From the NCBI GenBank assembly GCA_000433915.1, contig HF993636.1, positions 2,838 to 66,837 on the forward strand: 64,000 nt of DNA, read 5' to 3'. The DNA comes from Clostridium sp. CAG:793. Lineage in GTDB: Bacteria; Bacillota; Clostridia; TANB77; CAG-508. A program made the translations under genes and the position numbers. Shown one piece after another: positions 47,586-57,173 of the stretch (positions are counted from its first letter, which is position 1; each line of letters begins with the position of its first letter). A model generated the notes under the pieces. That model did not search any database. It worked only from the letters and a program-made list of their open reading frames with translations, and was not told the origin of the DNA.

Positions 47586-47614
47586 ATTGTAGCATATATT
47601 TTTATGCAATGCAA
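47586..47614 (-). promoter_or_regulatory. sigma-A-type promoter of the ATPase/Toprim-like cassette
   Basis: On the minus strand: TTGCAT (47614-47609), a 17-nt spacer, then TG-extended TACAAT (TGCTACAAT, 47594-47586). Lies about 20 nt upstream of the ATPase start codon. Confidence 0.6.
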
Positions 47615-47667
47615 TTTTTTTACACTATTTATTATTATATTGTATGTTTTTTACTCACTTTTATACT

Positions 47668-47706
47668 AAAAAAGCTACATTGAAAGTATTTTTCAATATA
47701 GCTTTT
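47668..47706 (-). terminator. rho-independent terminator after the 1163-aa surface-protein gene
   Basis: AGCTACATTGAAA / TTTCAATATAGCT stem with one mismatch, followed on the minus strand by T6. Starts 4 nt after the stop at 47710. Confidence 0.8.
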
Positions 47707-47709
47707 ATT

Positions 47710-50700
47710 TTATTGTAAAATTATTTTTCTCATTTTTGCTAAATCGTTTATGCTTACATCATTTCTCTGACTTAAAATTGCTCCTACTTTTTCTACTGGT
47801 GTAAACGTTTCTAATCCAATTAAATATCTTCTTACTTTTACTAAATCTGTTCCTGTTACTTTACCATCTCCATTAATATCTCCTTTTACAATTAAATAAT
47901 ATTTTTTATTATTTATCTGTATTTCGCATCCTGCCGATATATAATCATTTTCATTTATTTCTTGATTATTCTTTGTTATTGTATATTTCATATTAATGTT
48001 ATTTTTCAAGTTCTTTAAAGTTGTTACATTATATATTGGAATATAATTTATTTTTTGATTGTTTTCATTATATGTATCATATATGATGAAGTTTGTAATT
48101 GTTACATTTCCAGCTTTGTCCTTTGCCGTTAAGTTATACATTCCTGGTGTTGTTATAGTTTGTCCAACTTGATATTCTAGCTTTAAATTTCCATCTAATT
48201 TAAGTTCTACATTTTGTAAATTATCATCTGATATTTGTGGAGTTACGCTGTTATTTAATTGTTCTACATTATCTATCTTTGGGGCAGTCTTATCTATATT
48301 TTTTACAGAGATATTGTATGTATATTCATAGCCTCTAATGTTTATTGTAATCGTTTTTGTTCCATTTTCTTTAAATATATATGGTGCATTTTGTTCATTA
48401 TTTGCAATTATTGCTTTATCAGTTGGTAAGTTTATTGTAACATATACATCTTGATTTGTAAGAGTATTTGCATCTACATTGTATGTAATAGTTACATTAT
48501 TTGAATCTTCGTCTGCTGCTTTTCTTATATCGTTATCTATAATTAGATTAATAATTTCACAAGTTTTTAATATTCTTTGTTTATTTAAATAATTATCTGA
48601 TACATTATCTGTGTTTATTGATGTATTGTATATTTCTCTTGTCGTATTTATTAAATCTGTTACTTTGCTTAAATCAATATCTGTATTATTATTATATTTA
48701 TCAATAACTCCATTAAGTTTTTCTTTTACTGTTGAATTTTCAATGATGTCTTCTGTTACATAATATTTGTACAATTCTTTATAGGCGTCTGATATTGCAA
48801 GTATGTCTGTTATGCATTTGTTCAATTCTGATGCATCTATTGTAACTTGATTATTTATATATTTAGTAGTTATATCATTTGCTATATTAATTTGTTGTTC
48901 ATATAATTTTTCTATTCTATCATTATTATTATTGTTTATATCATTATTAAGATTTTCAATGCTATTTAAAATATCTTGATACTTTTTGTCATCTATTATA
49001 TTGTAATCTTTTTTTAATTTCTTGTTCTTTTTAGTTAAATTATCTGTAACTATCTTTATACTATTTTCAATGCTTTCTACAACATTTATTTCATAGTAAG
49101 TCTCTTTATTTTCATATTTGATTGTTAACTTTTTCTTTCCTATATTGTTACTATCAAATCCATCTATCTGAATATTTTCATCGTTTAGTTCAATATCTTT
49201 TGTTGTATTGTCATCATAATATACTCTTAGTATTCCTCCGCTTAAATCTAGATTGTCATTTCTGTAAAAAGTTGATTTGTTTGGTTCTTTAACTATTTCA
49301 ATTTTATTTATACTACTCTTAATTATAATGTTTATATTATCAGAATTATTTGAGTTTATTGTTTGTTGTACTGTTTTTATCTTTCCATTTTCTAGCTTAA
49401 CAGTTATGTCATATTCACCATCGTATACTCTTGTTGTATATTTACTATTTTCAATATTATTCACTTCTTCTGAATAGTTTAACCATTGTTCAACAAGTTC
49501 TTCATAATACTGCCTTTCTTCATTGCAGAAATGGTTCATGTTATATACCCACATAGTAAATTCACTTACGTTTAAATTACTATATGACATTATAGCAAAG
49601 TCTCTTAAATATCGTGCCTTTGTTATTTTCTCTTCTTTTGTATAATTATTAAGTTTACTATTCGTATAATTATCATATTCTGAAATTATTATATCTTTAA
49701 TTCCCGTTTCATTAACTATTTCATTAATTTGGTTAAAATAGCTTTGTGGACTCATACTATATTTATTATTTATATGGCATTGAATTCCAAATGCATCAAT
49801 TGTATTTTTTAGCTTTTTAATAACCTCTTTTATTTCTTCATATTGTCTACTGTTATTATAGCCTTTTACTTTTTCATCGTTTAAAATTAATTTTGCATTT
49901 GGATTAATCTCTCTTGTCTTATTGAAACAATTTACTATGAAATTATAATATTCCTTATTATCATTAAATCTTACATTATATTTTGTATCATCTGTAAGGA
50001 AATTATCGTCATCAAGAAGATGTCTATCATATAAATAATATTTAAAAAATTGAAGGTTTGTTATTTCGTTTACGACGTCCCATTCTTGTACATTAGGATA
50101 CCTACTTACTTCTTCTTGTATATGAGCATATACAATGTTTTCAAATTCCTGTTTTAGGTTGTTCAATAGATTATTAGTCTCTTCTTCTGTTATTTCTTTT
50201 TCATTGTACTTATTATAAATATACTCAAATGTAATTTTTTCCTTATCTTCACTTTTTACTAATTCTTTAAGTTTACTACTATATATATAATCCCACCATA
50301 GAGTATGTGCTTTCAATGTGTAATTATTATCAGAAGCATACTTATATAATTTATCTGCTGTATTATATCCATACTGTTCCGTTACTTTCCATTTATATGA
50401 ATTTTCACTTAGTATCATATTAAAATACTTTTTACTGATACTTTCTGTGTTCATTTGATTTATTGCTGTACCAAATAAAAATTTGTTATTTTTCATTTTT
50501 ATGCTTAAGTTTTTTATGTTTAATTTTTCTCCATTTTGATTGTACACATTTATTTCTATATTTTCTTTTCTATATTTTTCAATTCTTTTCAGAGCTTCTT
50601 CTCTCCATAAAGATCCATTAGATTCTCCCCAGTAGTCTTCATTTAGTGATTTATCATCACATTCTGTATATATAACTACTTTATGATTGTCTCTGTTTTT

Positions 50701-51201
50701 GTCTAAAGCTTCTGAAGTATATGTAAGTTGTGAATTATTGAATATATCTTTTCCATCAACTTTAACATCTACTTTTGGTAAGTTTGATATTAGATATATC
50801 GGAATATATTTTTTTCCATCAAATTCTTCTATTTCAACTTCAACACTATTATTGACTTCATATTCATTTATTTTTAATTTATTAGGAAATATTATTATGT
50901 TTTTGTTTATATCTATCGTAAAAGTACAATCATTATAGTTCAAGGTTTGGTTTGTATTTTCAATATAATTATCGCCCATTAATACGGTAAAAATTTCATT
51001 CATAGGAATAAAAATTGTATTATATTTTATGATATACTGAATGTCAGGATGTTCAATCCTTTTATTAGTTCTATTAACAACTGAGATTGGTATTTCATAT
51101 GATTTTTCTTCTCTTATTTTTAGTACACACATAAGAATAACTGTAATAACAATTAAGAAAATTATAAAAATTTTTAGTTTGTTTCTTTGGTTTCTAATCA
51201 C
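47710..51201 (-). CDS. large surface protein: TM anchor, amine-oxidase-N-like stalk, GH10-like (beta/alpha)8 domain, Ig-like domains, helical region, C-terminal dockerin-like module
   Basis: 1163 aa. GH10 motif series in order: AHTLWW, EWDVVNE, LILNDE, IDAFGIQCH, IIISEYD. Big_3-like block (LDLSGGILRVYYDDNTTKDIELNDENIQIDGFDSNNIGKKKLTIKY). C-terminal GDINGDGKVTGTDLVKVRRYLIG. Confidence 0.8.
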   Translation of the reverse strand: MIRNQRNKLKIFIIFLIVITVILMCVLKIREEKSYEIPISVVNRTNKRIEHPDIQYIIKYNTIFIPMNEIFTVLMGDNYIENTNQTLNYNDCTFTIDINKNIIIFPNKLKINEYEVNNSVEVEIEEFDGKKYIPIYLISNLPKVDVKVDGKDIFNNSQLTYTSEALDKNRDNHKVVIYTECDDKSLNEDYWGESNGSLWREEALKRIEKYRKENIEINVYNQNGEKLNIKNLSIKMKNNKFLFGTAINQMNTESISKKYFNMILSENSYKWKVTEQYGYNTADKLYKYASDNNYTLKAHTLWWDYIYSSKLKELVKSEDKEKITFEYIYNKYNEKEITEEETNNLLNNLKQEFENIVYAHIQEEVSRYPNVQEWDVVNEITNLQFFKYYLYDRHLLDDDNFLTDDTKYNVRFNDNKEYYNFIVNCFNKTREINPNAKLILNDEKVKGYNNSRQYEEIKEVIKKLKNTIDAFGIQCHINNKYSMSPQSYFNQINEIVNETGIKDIIISEYDNYTNSKLNNYTKEEKITKARYLRDFAIMSYSNLNVSEFTMWVYNMNHFCNEERQYYEELVEQWLNYSEEVNNIENSKYTTRVYDGEYDITVKLENGKIKTVQQTINSNNSDNINIIIKSSINKIEIVKEPNKSTFYRNDNLDLSGGILRVYYDDNTTKDIELNDENIQIDGFDSNNIGKKKLTIKYENKETYYEINVVESIENSIKIVTDNLTKKNKKLKKDYNIIDDKKYQDILNSIENLNNDINNNNNDRIEKLYEQQINIANDITTKYINNQVTIDASELNKCITDILAISDAYKELYKYYVTEDIIENSTVKEKLNGVIDKYNNNTDIDLSKVTDLINTTREIYNTSINTDNVSDNYLNKQRILKTCEIINLIIDNDIRKAADEDSNNVTITYNVDANTLTNQDVYVTINLPTDKAIIANNEQNAPYIFKENGTKTITINIRGYEYTYNISVKNIDKTAPKIDNVEQLNNSVTPQISDDNLQNVELKLDGNLKLEYQVGQTITTPGMYNLTAKDKAGNVTITNFIIYDTYNENNQKINYIPIYNVTTLKNLKNNINMKYTITKNNQEINENDYISAGCEIQINNKKYYLIVKGDINGDGKVTGTDLVKVRRYLIGLETFTPVEKVGAILSQRNDVSINDLAKMRKIILQ

Positions 51202-51203
51202 TT

Positions 51204-52619
51204 CTACTCCTTTATACTTTTTTTCTTTATTAAATTTATAATATATTTATAATTTAATATAAAGTATATCATGCATCCTATTATTACTTGTAAAATTATA
51301 ATAAAAAACTTGTTTATCTTTAAATATTGTATTATATATATAATTGCGAACATAATCAATGATTTTATTAAATATTTAAAACTTTTTTTCATATACTCTT
51401 TAATCGGTAATTCTTTTCTTACGTTCATTGTTTGAATAAACATAACTGAAAATTCTGCCATAACAGTTGTAATGCAAGCACCTACTGAAGTTAACTTAGG
51501 TATCATTAATATATTAAATATTAAATTTACAATCGCTCCTACAATAACAGATCCTATGTATTCCTTATCTTTTTCTTTTGGAATTAAATATTGTGTTCTT
51601 ATTACATTTGCCCATGATGTAAAAATAATTGTAAATGATAATATTGCTATTAGTGTTCCTGTTTTATAGAATTCTTCTCCAAAATACCATGGAGCGAAAC
51701 TTTTAGATACTGCAATTAGACCAAACGTGATTGGAAGTGCAAGGAACATTATAAATTCCATTGATTTATCAATATAAACTTTAAATCTATCGTTTTCTCC
51801 ATTAGCAATCATATTTGACATTCTTGGAAGCATTACTGTTCCTAATGCACTTATAATTGCCGCTGGAATACTAATAATTTTTTCAGCATTTTCATAGAAT
51901 CCTACTTCTGTTTTAGTACTCATTATTCCTAGCATTATTTTGTCCATCTTTTTGTATAAACTTATTGCTATAACTGGTATAAACAAAATTATACATGGTT
52001 TTAAATGTTCTAATATTTCGCTTAAACTCACTTTTGTTTTTTCTACTTTTTTTATTACAAATGGCCATAATACAATATTAGATATTAAATTGCTCACTGA
52101 AAGTATGATTGTATATATGTATAGATCATCTCTTTTTCTCACAAATATAAACATTGATATAAAGGACAAAATCTTTATAATTGTGTTTCTCGTAACAGTA
52201 ATCTTAAATTCTTCTAATCCGAAGAAAAACCAATTTATATCAAAAAAACTTCCTAATATAAATCCCAATTGTAATATATACATTATTTTATCTTCTTTTG
52301 CAATGAATGCAATAAAAACTATATAGGCGATCAACACTATTGTTGTTATAATAAATTCCATAATGTACAAACTCCAAAATTTCTTTGACATTTTGTGTTT
52401 GTCATCACGGTTTTGAGCAATTAATCGATTTCCATAATTATTTATTCCTAGCATTGCAAACATTACAAAATATGAGACTATTGAATATGTATATGAATAA
52501 GTTCCTAATCCTTCAGCTCCTATAACTCTTGAAATATATGGTGCTGAAATTAATGGCAATATTAGTATAAATATTTGATATACTATGTTATATAAGAAGT
52601 TCTTTTTTATATTGTTCAT
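51204..52619 (-). CDS. polysaccharide flippase (Wzx, MOP superfamily)
   Basis: Start moved to the ATG at 52619 (MNNIKKNFLYN...), which forms an ATGA overlap with the preceding stop. About 12 TM segments. PLISAPYISRVIGAEGLGTYSY is a typical Wzx N-terminus. Confidence 0.85.
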   Translation of the reverse strand: MNNIKKNFLYNIVYQIFILILPLISAPYISRVIGAEGLGTYSYTYSIVSYFVMFAMLGINNYGNRLIAQNRDDKHKMSKKFWSLYIMEFIITTIVLIAYIVFIAFIAKEDKIMYILQLGFILGSFFDINWFFFGLEEFKITVTRNTIIKILSFISMFIFVRKRDDLYIYTIILSVSNLISNIVLWPFVIKKVEKTKVSLSEILEHLKPCIILFIPVIAISLYKKMDKIMLGIMSTKTEVGFYENAEKIISIPAAIISALGTVMLPRMSNMIANGENDRFKVYIDKSMEFIMFLALPITFGLIAVSKSFAPWYFGEEFYKTGTLIAILSFTIIFTSWANVIRTQYLIPKEKDKEYIGSVIVGAIVNLIFNILMIPKLTSVGACITTVMAEFSVMFIQTMNVRKELPIKEYMKKSFKYLIKSLIMFAIIYIIQYLKINKFFIIILQVIIGCMIYFILNYKYIINLIKKKSIKE

Positions 52620-53753
52620 TCTTCTTTCCTTTCTCCGTATAGCAGTTCTGCAAAATAAAGCCAAAATATATTATATGCTATTTTTATAATTCCACTCTCT
52701 AATAGTCCAAAAATTAAAAATACTAACATACAAGCTACAATCATATATTCTTTATTTTTCCATGCTTTTTTAAAAAATATATTTAAATATATTCCCATCA
52801 TTGTAAAAGCAATTATTCCATATCTTAGCAAAATCAATGCATATGCATTATCAAGTATCCATGGTTTTATTCCAGTCTCGCTGCTTAATTTTGTTCCTAT
52901 TATTTCGATTTTATTTCCAAACAAGTTTATTGGATACTTTTCAAAAAATTTTGCTATAAAGTTTATTCTTCCTGTAAATGTCTCATTGAGTTTTATCATT
53001 AGCGAATTTCCATTTGCATATAAAGAACCACTAATGAACGATAGTATTGCACAAATAAAGAACATATTTGGTATTATTTTTCCTATTTTAATTTTATCAA
53101 GATTAATATTTTTTATTATTATTGATATAATTAATATTAGTATGATTGAAAGTTGTGGAGTTCTACTATCTGCGTAATATCCAACCAGAAACGATAAAAC
53201 GCCTATTAAAGTAATGTCAAAAATATTTAGCTTTTTTTCTCTTAAATATAAATATTCTGCTGATATTGATAGTATAAATGCTCCAAATACATTAGGATGC
53301 GAAAATCCCATTGAACTGCGTATAGTGCCGGTCATCTCTATATTTTAAGAAAACATTAGTCATTCCTAAATTATATGCAATGATAACAATTAGCATAAGA
53401 ATAGACTTTAATTTTATATCATACTTCACAATTTTTTTAAATTCAATTCCGTAACTTGCTAATACTAATAGCACTAATTTAATTAAAACTATCTCTCCTG
53501 ATTTTATGTAACTTATTGTAGCTATTAAAAGAGTAAAAATCATAATTAGCAAAGTCTTTTTCTTATACTTTGTTGACTGTACTATAAATTTAATTAGCAT
53601 GATGATTATTGCTAAGTTACTCATTATTTTTAATGGAGCTTTCAAAACAGTTATTTGTCCAAGCATTGTGCTTGTTAAAGTCATTGTGTATATCAGCATA
53701 TATAAGATTTCATTGAATGATATTTTCTCTAATTTTATTTTTTTTATTAACAT
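52616..53753 (-). pseudogene. Wzy-like repeat-unit polymerase (O-antigen ligase-like), split into 153-aa and 239-aa ORFs by a 1-nt frameshift near 53325-53335
   Basis: Two overlapping polytopic ORFs (53292-53753 and 52616-53335) sum to about 390 aa. The frames join naturally as ...FLKYRDD|GTIRSSMGFSHPNVFG if one C of GACCGGC is removed. Confidence 0.65.
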
Positions 53754-54805
53754 TTTTTTAATATCCTATTTTTTATTTTCTTTAATTTCGTTCTAAATAT
53801 TAAATAGTTAAATAGCCTTTTATATTCATTGTTTTTTATGCAATTAAATTTAATTTTTTCATCAAAATTTAATTGTTTCTGTTTTGCATTTATTGTGTCT
53901 ATCATTTCATTAAAGTCTTCTTTTTTTTCACATTCTTCTATTTTCTTAGTTAACTTTTCTTTACTATATCCAAACTTTAATGCATCTTCTATTTGTAAAA
54001 TCACATGAAAAAATGTTGCTTTCTGCATTTCATAAAATAATTTATCTGTAAAGTATCCATTTTCTTTCATATCGTTTTTTAATATGCTAAAGACCTGTAA
54101 TATTGCATCAATTCTTAAAAATACTTTATTTTTCGACTGAATTGTACTATTTTCATTGCAGAAATAGTTATAGCAACAGTCATTGATTTGATATATACTA
54201 TTTAATCTTTGTATTAGTCTAATGTAAAATAATTTATCCTGCATCATTCTTACATTAGGTATAAACATAATATTATTATCTTTTATAATTTCAGATTTTA
54301 TAATCAATAGCCATAAATATGATTTTATTTCACCTCTAATGAATTTGGGCAATATCTCATTAATAATTTCTTCTTTTAATATTCTTCTATTTGCAGGTAA
54401 ATTGTTTTTTTCATTTTTAAAAGTTGTACCATTTGGATATACTCTTTTATAATTACTTCTTACTGCGTCAACATTTTCTTTTTTTATTGTGTTTATCATT
54501 ATTTCACACATATTTTCATCCATATAGTCGTCGCTATCTAGAAACATTATATATTGTCCAGTAGACCTGTTTATTGCGTTATTTCTCGCAATAGACACTC
54601 CCTGGTTTTGTTGTTCAATAAAAATTATTCTGTTATCACATTCTGCTTTTTCTTTTATAATCTTACTTGAATTATCAGTTGATCCATCGTCAACACATAT
54701 AACTTCAATATTTTTATATGTTTGTCTCATAGCTGATTCTAAACATCTTCCTATAAATCTTTCTGAATTATAAACAGGTATTATTATAGATATTTTATTT
54801 TCCAT
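53747..54805 (-). CDS. family 2 glycosyltransferase
   Basis: 352 aa. ISIIIPVYNSERFIGRCLES...VICVDDGSTDNS and FLDSDD (DxD). Confidence 0.9.
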   Translation of the reverse strand: MENKISIIIPVYNSERFIGRCLESAMRQTYKNIEVICVDDGSTDNSSKIIKEKAECDNRIIFIEQQNQGVSIARNNAINRSTGQYIMFLDSDDYMDENMCEIMINTIKKENVDAVRSNYKRVYPNGTTFKNEKNNLPANRRILKEEIINEILPKFIRGEIKSYLWLLIIKSEIIKDNNIMFIPNVRMMQDKLFYIRLIQRLNSIYQINDCCYNYFCNENSTIQSKNKVFLRIDAILQVFSILKNDMKENGYFTDKLFYEMQKATFFHVILQIEDALKFGYSKEKLTKKIEECEKKEDFNEMIDTINAKQKQLNFDEKIKFNCIKNNEYKRLFNYLIFRTKLKKIKNRILKKC

Positions 54806-56012
54806 TTTCCTCCTTCTTGATGCACATTTTAATCTTTTTTACATATCCAATTATATTAAGTTTATACAATATTGCTTTGCTTTTTTCTAATAAATAGTCT
54901 TTGTATGTTACTTTTAAAAATTTCTTCATTACATCTTCATAATTTTTTTCATTTAATTCTCTATAAAATTCTTTTCTGTTCTTATTTGGTATCTTACAAT
55001 TTTCAACCATTTTTCCATCAAGTTTTATCATTTTATCTATATCATCGACTTCATACTTGGTTACCCCTTTAAGTTCGTTCATTAATTCCAATCCTTTTTT
55101 TGAATTAACAAATACATTTGTATATCCCTTATTATCATCTTTTAAATTTGGAACTAATTTATTTATATTCCAAGAATCAAATATAGTAAAATCTGAGCAG
55201 TGAGTTCTACTTTTAAACGCACAATCATAACATGATGGTCTTGAACATATTCCTTCATAAAATCCTTTTAGCATATAGTCAATTCTTGCACTGCCATAAT
55301 ATTCTTTATTATTTTCAAATACCAATTTCATTGTTGCACTATGATATCCATAAGTTTTATTTCTGAAGCGTGCTTCTTTTAGTTTTGACTTATATTTTTT
55401 TTCTTGGTACTCTATATATTTTTTCCATAATTCTGGACTAGGTGTACCATGGCAAACAACATCAACTGTAATAAGGTTTTCATAGTTCTTTACTAAAAAA
55501 CTTTTTAGCCCTGCTATTTGACATGGGGTTCCAGAAAAAAGCACTAATTTACCCTCCATAATGCTTTCTTTTGCTTGCTTAAAAGTATCATTTATATCAC
55601 TTTGAACATATTTTGATCCAACAAGTTCTTTTATTTTTGCCTTGTCAAGTATCTTCTTATGTATTACTTTAAAATTATTATCATATCCTACTCCAAATAC
55701 TACGCCATTGTTATTTAGAACATATTCTGCTATTGGTGTAAAGAATCCTCCCGAAGTACTTTCTTTTAGTGTTCCTTTATCATTAACTCTAAAAATATAT
55801 GCTTTAGGGCTTATTTCACTCTTCTTATATTTTTCATTATTCAATACAGGACAAACTTTTTCGCATAATCCACATTGTATACATTTTTTTGTATCTACAT
55901 TTGGATATAAAAAACCCTCTTCATCAGCTTTCATTTCGATTGCATCAACAGGACATGCGTTTTTACATGCACTACATCCACAGCATCTTTTCTTTTCAGT
56001 TATTTTTATCAT
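54795..56012 (-). CDS. FrhB/FdhB-like (coenzyme F420 hydrogenase/dehydrogenase beta-subunit family) protein with 2x[4Fe-4S] ferredoxin N-domain
   Basis: 405 aa. CCGCSACKNACPVDAI and CIQCGLCEKVCPV, then an FrhB-like C-terminal region. A typical partner of pyruvyl transferases in polysaccharide loci. Confidence 0.8.
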   Translation of the reverse strand: MIKITEKKRCCGCSACKNACPVDAIEMKADEEGFLYPNVDTKKCIQCGLCEKVCPVLNNEKYKKSEISPKAYIFRVNDKGTLKESTSGGFFTPIAEYVLNNNGVVFGVGYDNNFKVIHKKILDKAKIKELVGSKYVQSDINDTFKQAKESIMEGKLVLFSGTPCQIAGLKSFLVKNYENLITVDVVCHGTPSPELWKKYIEYQEKKYKSKLKEARFRNKTYGYHSATMKLVFENNKEYYGSARIDYMLKGFYEGICSRPSCYDCAFKSRTHCSDFTIFDSWNINKLVPNLKDDNKGYTNVFVNSKKGLELMNELKGVTKYEVDDIDKMIKLDGKMVENCKIPNKNRKEFYRELNEKNYEDVMKKFLKVTYKDYLLEKSKAILYKLNIIGYVKKIKMCIKKEENGK

Positions 56013-56014
56013 TT

Positions 56015-57169
56015 TTATTCCTTTTCTAGAGCTTTCTTTAGGAACTCTCTTGAGTCTTGTCTTAAATATTCTATTCTATCATCCACTTGGCTATATTCAA
56101 TTTCATTATCAATTTTAAATATATTACCATCATATCTTCTGTCTTGTATTCCAATTTGTGAGCATAAGCTATCTATTCTTGAATTTCTTGAATTTTTACT
56201 TTTTTCATTGAATCTATTAAATGTTATAAACTTTTTATGATTTAATAATGAAAATACTGTTCCATGAAATGAATCTGTACATACATATTCAGCATTTCTT
56301 ATTAAATTTATGAATTTAGCTGGATCTACATCATATAATCTGTAGTCACCAAATGTTTCATCATATTCCACAAAGTTGTCAAGATGTGGAATAGTAACAA
56401 TCTTTAATTTTTTTTCTTCTGCTAATTTTTTTACTTCTTCTCTATGTTGTATAGTATCTCCCAAGAAATAACAAAATATATATTTCTCATTAAGAACTTT
56501 TTCGTCTGGTACAAATTCATCCCATTGTTCTTTATTAAATAACAAAGTAGGATCAACAACAACTTTTGCCTCTAATCCAGCAACATTTTTTATGATTTCT
56601 TTTCCTTTTAATTCTCTTGTACTTAAATAATTTATTCTTTTCAAGTATCTTTTTGTTCTTTTTAATTGATACCATGGAATTTTAGACACACCAAAGCTTG
56701 TTGCATATGATATTTTATTTACATCATCAGGTACAAACATTAGATTGTAGAAGTTGCTTGCTAGTCCAATAGGTAACCATAATTGATCACTTCCTACAAC
56801 TACTGAATCATAATTCTTAGCTCCCTCTTTTAGTTCTTTATATCCATTATAATCTTTTGAAATATTTTCATAATATTTCTTTCCAAACTCAATAAAAGCT
56901 TTTTTTCTTAGTTTTATGTTTTCTTTTACTTCTGGATGTTTGTTAAATTCTTTATTTCTTTTTATCTCATCAATTTTTGCATGAATGAAATACTCATTAA
57001 ATGCTCTTGGAATTGACTTTAAAATGAATTTAATTGTTTTCTTTTTTTTATAAGAAATAAATTCATTTTCATATCCCATCTCACTTATTGCTTTTTGTGT
57101 AGCATAAGCTTGTAACATACTTCCATAGTTATAATTATCATAACATGCACATATTCCAACTTTTTTCAT
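56015..57169 (-). CDS. polysaccharide pyruvyl transferase
   Basis: 384 aa. N-terminus MKKVGICACYDNYNYGSMLQAYATQKAI and C-terminal ...VCTDSFHGTVFSL are typical of the family. Confidence 0.85.
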   Translation of the reverse strand: MKKVGICACYDNYNYGSMLQAYATQKAISEMGYENEFISYKKKKTIKFILKSIPRAFNEYFIHAKIDEIKRNKEFNKHPEVKENIKLRKKAFIEFGKKYYENISKDYNGYKELKEGAKNYDSVVVGSDQLWLPIGLASNFYNLMFVPDDVNKISYATSFGVSKIPWYQLKRTKRYLKRINYLSTRELKGKEIIKNVAGLEAKVVVDPTLLFNKEQWDEFVPDEKVLNEKYIFCYFLGDTIQHREEVKKLAEEKKLKIVTIPHLDNFVEYDETFGDYRLYDVDPAKFINLIRNAEYVCTDSFHGTVFSLLNHKKFITFNRFNEKSKNSRNSRIDSLCSQIGIQDRRYDGNIFKIDNEIEYSQVDDRIEYLRQDSREFLKKALEKE

Positions 57170-57173
57170 CTGT

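Noticed and set aside
45398-47646. Possible direct repeats flanking the ATPase/Toprim-like cassette: TTATTTATTATATAT near 45398-45415 and TATTTATTATTATAT near 47626-47642.
   Set aside because: These are short, imperfect and pure A/T. Matches like this are expected by chance in DNA of this composition, so they are not evidence for att sites or target-site duplication.
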